A DNA stretch of 64,000 nucleotides from Macrostomum hystrix (Eukaryota > Animalia > Platyhelminthes), in NCBI GenBank assembly GCA_950097015.1, contig CATNEN010000034.1, positions 2,728,001 through 2,792,000 of the forward strand, given 5' to 3'. Under the pieces are notes generated by a model. It saw only the letters and a list, made by a program, of their open reading frames with translations, ran no database searches and had not been told where the DNA came from. Positions 57,391 through 64,000 of the stretch are shown one piece after another. Positions within the stretch are counted from its first letter, which is position 1, and every line of letters starts with the position of its first letter. The position numbers were made by a program, and so were the translations under genes.

Positions 57391-60300
57391 AAGTCACGTG
57401 CTGACGAGTTTTTGACAGCTTGAAACTGTCCTTGATTCCAGTCACGCTACATCGTACGGATATCAAGAAGCTGAACTGAATTTAACCAGAACCTTTTATT
57501 TTATCGCATCGAGATCACTAAGTCCCTAAAAATGTATAACTTTTCCCATTTTTTTTTACAAAATTTACAAAATACTAACTTTTAATTTTATCTTCTCTGT
57601 ACTCTTGCTATCTAAGGACTATTAAGAAGCCATGTGTTTTATACTATATTTATGTGATATAAAGTACTAAACTCTGTTACTAGTTGCAAAGTGTGTCTTC
57701 ATAAACGACAGGGAGAGATCAACTTAATTCAATGTCCGATTCAAATTCAATCAATTTTTTGGGCGATCAATTTAAACATTTGCATCCAGCCTGATGCATC
57801 TTGTAATGCCCATCCGTATTTAATCGATGCTAAAGAGACAATTTAGACCAGACACCTTTTGCACTAGAAAGGAGTGATGCGTAGGAAGATTTTACTAAAA
57901 CTGTCTGTTATGCGACAGTAAAAGGAAATGCGACACCTAGAGAGATAAATTTGGCCTAACTACTATGCTGTTGAAGTACGAGTAGATAGCATTCATGACT
58001 ATTGCATATGCTCAAGATTATGAAGACAAGAAGTCCACACTGAATCATGATCTATCGTTTTTTATTTGTCGCTGTTTTTGTCTTTCGTTAAGGATACAGA
58101 TCTACGTCATCGCAGTAAAATATTTTCTAGCGCCGAAATTTTTTTTGCATCATACAGGGGTTGCATATCGGACTATCACGAAAATCGGTCATGTGGTTTG
58201 ATAGCTATCGTGAATTAGGCAATGTCTTTTAAATACCCGGCCTCGTTGTCTTTCCCCAGGTGGAAAAAATAGATTTCTATTTAAAATGGGTTTCACGCTA
58301 CGAGTATAAAATAGAATAGGAGTAATAAAAACTTCATTACGATTCTAATACTTAGGGCTGCAGCTCTGCTTATAACTGAGTCGTTTCGATACGTATTTTG
58401 CTGGGGTCAAATCCCAGTTACTCAATCTGGTTTCCGGTCCCGGCCCCTTAATGACAGTATAAATAGACAAATTGGTTATCCTGAAATTACTGAAATATTT
58501 ATCACTGAGTGTCCAAGTTTTTGCAAGACCAAATTGATATCACATTATTAAAAGCCTTATCACCATTCAATCAATGGTATGTGTGCTTTCTCAAAAATAT
58601 ATTTGTTTTAATCAGAATCCACGCCAGTAAAGCAACAAAAATGTATGACATCCGCATTTTAAGTAGCATTTTGTGCTCAACAGTGAGTAACAACACAGTT
58701 CGGAGAGTAAAGGCGATCACAGAGTATTCAGATTATACATAGGTGAAAATAGTTATAGAGATTCTCAAAAAGAATTGATCTGTAGTTTTAAAGGGAAGTC
58801 TAACAGGAGCATCTCTGGAATAACAACTATGCATATTTATGAATATGAATATTTTGCATAGATCAAGTTAATAAATTATTGATATATATAGCGTCGAAAT
58901 CTTATTTATTTTCATTGGGTTGAATAATATATTAATAATGTCCTTCATTCTGCAATACAATTACTGGGTTATAAATTGAATAAGCATTCACATAATGACA
59001 TACGGATATGGTGCCATGAGCAACATATGGAGCATTGTCAAATACATGATTCTAAAATAACTTAACAGCCTCACTAGTACATGAAAATGGGATTATATAG
59101 AAAATTAATTGTAACATCACAAAGTCAGTTTTGTGGTAAACATCGACCAGCTGTTTTTATAAGACAAACTCTAACACAGGAATGTCAAAATTGAAGACTT
59201 CCCTTAACTATACAAATGTAAACTGTTTTTAAGCATATATATTTTTAGCAACGATCCTACTAAGTCGGTTCACTTTAGAAGTAGTCAGTTCGGGCCTTGT
59301 GGGTTTCTCGTTCGTATCCCATATTTTCGTAGGTGCTCTGGAATTTTCCAAATCGGAGGAAATTAGTTGTCGTTCGTGAGAAAATCGATTACGCACACCC
59401 AAGCGAGTATTCATTTTTAGTATAGTGGAGTAGCTACTTTAGCCTCCCTCCATGTAGCACGCACAAATTCTGAATCTAAATACTCGTAATTCCTTGAGCA
59501 GATGACTACCTCCTTATGCTAATAACCATATCAACAAGTTTATTATTTACTCAATTAACAAATAGGCCTAAATAAGCTAATTCGCCCCCTCAGCAGCACA
59601 GAACCGATGTCCCCTCAGCAGCAGAGAACCAATGTCAGCAACAGGAATTAGCTGTTATGAATCGATTCATTAGAAAATGATTTGAACTGCTAGAGACTAC
59701 AGTTAGTTATAATACACTCACTGGGTGATGGGCTGAGTGCTGGGCCCTTGGAATGGATGTGTCGCTCATAGCCATAGACTGGGTTCCCTTGTAAGTCCCG
59801 CCGCTGTGCGATCTGCAAGAGGACGTTAGAAAAATGCTTACTTTGCTGATCTTCTCTTAAAGTTCATTCCAGAGGACTTAATTCTAACAATTTGATAAGA
59901 CGAAAAAACTATTTGGTCACAACGTCCGTTTCGAAAACTATAAGATATAACGTCGACGGATGAATTGTAAAAGTTTTTTTTAGTTTTCTAGCATAAATTA
60001 GGCCATCAATTGAAGTGCACTTATAAATGTACTTTTCTGACTGTGTAAAATGATTTTTGGTGGATCCGTTCGGTGCACTTGAAAGACTTTTCAAAAGCAA
60101 TTTATCGTGGGAGACCTAAGGTGTAAGTAGAGATTTTGAAATAAGTGGAGATGCGAGAGAAACATACAGGTTGGAGTGAGATGACACAAAGACAAAGTAA
60201 GTCAGAAGGTGGTCAGAATGGTGTTTTTGTATTTAATTTCACAAAATTATAATTTCAGAAACCTGAAGCGAAAGCAAGCATAATTAGTATGTAGAATATA

Positions 60301-61177
60301 TGATTAAATATCACATAAAGTTGTCAGAAAATGTGTAGATCCTGTATCCGCAGCGACCAAAGACAAAACGCACGCCAATAGTTCGATATAAACGATATTT
60401 AGACAGACGAACGCAAACAAATATTGTGGAGCGCATCCAAATTAGTCAAATTTCCTTCCCAGACAAATATATCTGGTGGATTAGGATTCAGACTAATCGG
60501 GACCCACCCGCTACACTAAGTATGCAAGTAGTATAATAGACATACGTCTGGTGCGAAAAAGGCGCGTGCAGGCGAGGCACAAAGGGGTGGGTAGTCAGAA
60601 CAAAACTTACGCTGCAGCATTATCAGAGAAATTGCTCTGATAAAAGTCGGCCCTGTTCTTATTACTCCGATACCTTGAAGTTTGTTGATGTTTCGATAGA
60701 TTTAGCTATTTCAGCAGCGCTATCAACTATGCGGTTTATGAATGCTGCAAAAACTATGGTCTCTTTTTTATTAGGAATAGTCTTACAGTTCCTCATTCAT
60801 TTAAATGTGAGTTCCTCATTTGTCCAGGTAAGAATTGTTTAATCGATGAAATCTAGCGCTGAGCCATCATCTAGGGAGTGTACCGCATAGTGGGTGCTGT
60901 TTACGACATGCTTTAGTAGCAAACATCCGAACTATTATCGCTTTAAAAATGTACTTTTAAGTATAAATATTGTGTCACCTCAGAAGCCCATATCAGATAT
61001 CCTCGGAGCTTAATTACAAAAGAAATTGATACGCAGGAACTTTTATTGGTTTTGTTGCTTAAAGTTTAAACTCAAGTGAGCACTATCATTGCCTTGTTAA
61101 TAATTAGAGCAAAAAATGGATCAATTACTGTTTTCTAAATTGAATTATAATTATGAAAATGCATCATTGAGTTTTTA

Positions 61178-61345
61178 AACAAGACTGGACCGCATCATTG
61201 TGTTTCTAACGAAGCTGGACCGCATCATTGTGTTTCTAACGATGCTGGACCGCATCATTGTGTTTCTAACAAAGCTGGACCGCATCATTGTGTTTCTAAC
61301 GAAGCTGAACCGCATCATTGTGTCTAACAAGACTGGGCCGCATTA
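61178..61345. repeat. 30-bp array (AACGAAGCTGGACCGCATCATTGTGTTTCT), about 5 copies
   Basis: Visible periodicity. Confidence 0.9.
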
Positions 61346-61420
61346 TTTCACAAGCTACGAGTATCTCGAATTAAGAAAAATATATAACGACAGAAACGCA
61401 TTATTCGGAAAGCTACTCAC

Positions 61421-63496
61421 TTTCGAAGAAAGAAAATTATCAAAATAGCCAAACAGATGAGCAGCAGGACTCCAAGGACGACTCCGATAATGATGGCGTT
61501 GCGTTGCATGCCTGTGAATAGAAAAAAGTAAACACAGTAGTTAGTTTTAATCTGTTAACTCGCACTTGGTAATAGCATGTTAAGAAAGGTCTATTGAGAA
61601 GGGTCTTGGGGTCCGATCAGAGCATCTACAATTCTGAGAAGACTCACTCCAGTAGTAGTCATCCAGTAGCTCGCAGTGAAAGCCAGTATAACCAGCCATG
61701 CACACGCATCTGTAAGGAAACTGGTCATTAGCCTGGTACTGGCACTGGCCGGAGTTTTTGCACCTGCCAGCAATGCAGGGATCCTCGCAGGGCAGCGAAG
61801 TGACATTGTTGCTGAAAGTGCCCTTGATGCAATTGCAGGTGAAGCTGCCCGGTAAGTTGACGCACACCTTGTTGGAGTCGTTTCGGCACTGGGTGAGGCA
61901 TTCGTTAATGTCGCTGCACACTTGGATCCCCTTCGTGCTGGAGTAGCCGCTATTTGTGCCCGTCTGGGTGTAGCCTGAGGAGGCGGCGAGTTTTACTATA
62001 ATTAATATTTGAAACTGACTGAGCAGATCAGTAACCGAGCAGCTCTCTGAGTCCACTCACCGGACTTGCACTGGCAGATGTAGCCATCCACAGTGTCGAT
62101 GCAGTTGTGCACGGCTGGCAGGCAGTCGTTTGTACTATTTGACAGGCACTCGTTCAGCGGAGTGGCCACAACACTGAGGCCTGCCGCCGAGCCGCCCGAT
62201 GTCACGGTGGCCGGCGTCTGCGGCGTCGAATAGCTGACTACGCCGGTAGCCACCACGCTGCCGTTGGTCATGGAGGAGACGCGGAATGTCGGCTGGCCGG
62301 TGCCATCGCTTGGTAGGCCGAGCTCGAGCTGGGAAAAGAGTGAGACAAAAACTGGTCTGACTCTATGTCGTTTGAATATTAGCGGAATGGATTTGAAACA
62401 ATTCGACCCGCTCCGCTAGCCCTTGACCACAAAAAGGCACAAGGAGATGAGCAAAAAACATAATTCCATTTCCCAATCCAAAGGTCATCATCCAATCCAA
62501 ACGCATGCAAAGGTCAGTGGCAGAGTACAGAGTGGTCTAACGCATTGTCTCTCGCACCAAGGTCCCTGAGCTCGATTCAGAAGGCTTGATGGCTTGTCGT
62601 GCAAATTAAGTCCTTGAGGGCCAACCTCCAAGGCACAGTGAGATTGTACACGGTCCGACGATGAGAAAGTCAGGACAGATGCACACACCTATGTGAGTAC
62701 ACCTATGTCTGCGTACAGTGAGCGGAACGGGCAGCATTGCCTCCTCGCTTGCTGCAGGTCTATTGTCACTAAATGATGTGCCAGTGCTCTTAATAACCTA
62801 ATACTAACATTAGCCGGTTTAACTCACGCGACTTTCGATGATGTGGGCCATCAGCAGGAACTCCTGGCTGTTGGGGTTGGCCAGGTTAGCCTGGTACACC
62901 AGGTCAGTGAACGTGGCCTGCACTTGAATAGCGTAGGCGGCCGGTCTGCAGTGGGTGGCGTTCTCCCGCTTGTAGCCAAACTTGCACTTGCACAGCCAGG
63001 AGCCGACGAGATTGGCGCAGTCAGTGCTGCCCGGATCGCACCCGGATGTGCCGGCTAAGCACTCGTTGATTTCGATGCAAGTGTTGCTTGTTGAACTGCG
63101 AGAGAAGCCAGACTTGCAGATGCACTTCGGCTCATTGGTTGTGGAGTTGACTGAGCAGTCGACATTGTCTCCAGTCGGACACACAGTTGGGTACTCATTC
63201 CGGCGACCGCAGTAGTCAATGGCTGTTTTGTGTTTTGAATTTCAATGACAATCAAAGTCCTGCTTATTAGCAGAGCAACTTACCGAAAGTCGGTACACAG
63301 TAGAAATCAAGTTAGGGTTTAAGCATTCTACGAGTACTATAGTAGGCATGCCAGATACCTGCAAAGTAGCACTTACCGACGCACTGCCTGGCAGCATTGA
63401 GTTCGTAGTACTGCTTGCAGCTGCAGGTGTAGCCAGGATTCATTTCCGTACAGTTCCCATTCGGACTGCATGGGTTGCTGGCGCAGTACTTCATTG
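61421..63496 (-). CDS. Partial EGF/cbEGF plus SEA-domain type I membrane protein (exons 63496-63377, 63222-62828, 62328-62061, 61974-61648, 61511-61421); 5' end and cytoplasmic tail not resolved
   Basis: Phase-compatible exons with EGF repeats (INEC/LNEC calcium-binding type), SEA-like ATFTDLVYQANLANPNSQEF..NGSVV, and a TM helix AIIIGVVLGVLLLICLAILIIFFL. Confidence 0.85.
62512..62783 (+). mobile_element. SINE family 2 copy (intron of the EGF/SEA gene)
   Basis: Shares CCTGAGCTCGATTC, GAGGGCCAACCTCCAAGGC and GCCTCCTCGCTTGCTGC with the other copies. Confidence 0.8.
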
Positions 63497-64000
63497 CTGA
63501 AGCGAAATTGTAGGAAGCCAAAATATAGCCTTATCAGGTAAGTATATAAAGGAAATAATCAAAATTCTAGTTTTGAATGCTAATGCATTTCGTCCACTGT
63601 GGACAGGGCTTGTATAGTTTATTTTAAATTATAAGTCGTTAAAATAAATACTCAGGTTGGAAAAATTGTTATTGTAGTCAGTTGAAAAATTAATGAACGT
63701 TCATAGTTTGGGACAAACGTTTTCGCTTGGTACAGATCAGGTCGGTCGAGTCAGGTTTTTTAAACGAGCCTAAAAAGCTGTAGCTGATTGTAAAGAATAG
63801 GTTGTTGGGCATTTGAAGGTCCAGCAGTCCATCTAGATAAAGGTAGGTGGTCACCGAAGATGGAGATGATGCAGGCACATTCGGGTGACATGCTGATCAA
63901 TTTTGAAGGCCTGGCAAGGCCGCACTGAGGCGCAGTGCTAATTCGTGTATAGGGGTGTATGAAATACACTAGCGCTTATGGAAAAAAATCTGACCTTCGG

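Noticed and set aside
60600-60910. Candidate cytoplasmic-tail exons of the EGF/SEA gene
   Set aside because: Several acceptors are possible and phase-2 joins give early stops; no single model could be supported.

Overview
Eukaryotic, intron-containing animal DNA with GC-rich exons, AT-rich spacers and a minisatellite in most larger introns. The style suggests the flatworm Macrostomum (inference only). Splice-consistent gene models built by hand. On +: Rab33 (3 exons), a ZWILCH-like kinetochore gene (5 exons), a 108-aa single-TM ORF, PSMC4/Rpt3, PSMD14/Rpn11, an intronless C-type lectin, MEMO1, and an intronless secreted PAN plus LamG-like protein. On -: a CAP/SCP-domain protein with an acidic 10-aa repeat, a 99-aa six-cysteine secreted peptide, a 119-aa Pro-rich unknown, an 11-exon M13/neprilysin homologue with no zinc ligands, and part of an EGF/SEA type I membrane protein. 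Also present: two tRNA-headed SINE families, a foldback element and about 17 tandem arrays. Best leads: (1) a TIR-bounded element holding a decayed piece of the neighbouring PSMC4 exon; (2) splice-acceptor-like AG 1-5 nt before most start codons plus an adjacent Rpt3-Rpn11 pair, suggesting SL trans-splicing and operons; (3) a catalytically dead neprilysin; (4) a hidden peptide-hormone-like gene; (5) sharply bounded CpG-depleted domains. No database searches were run; family calls come from motif recognition.
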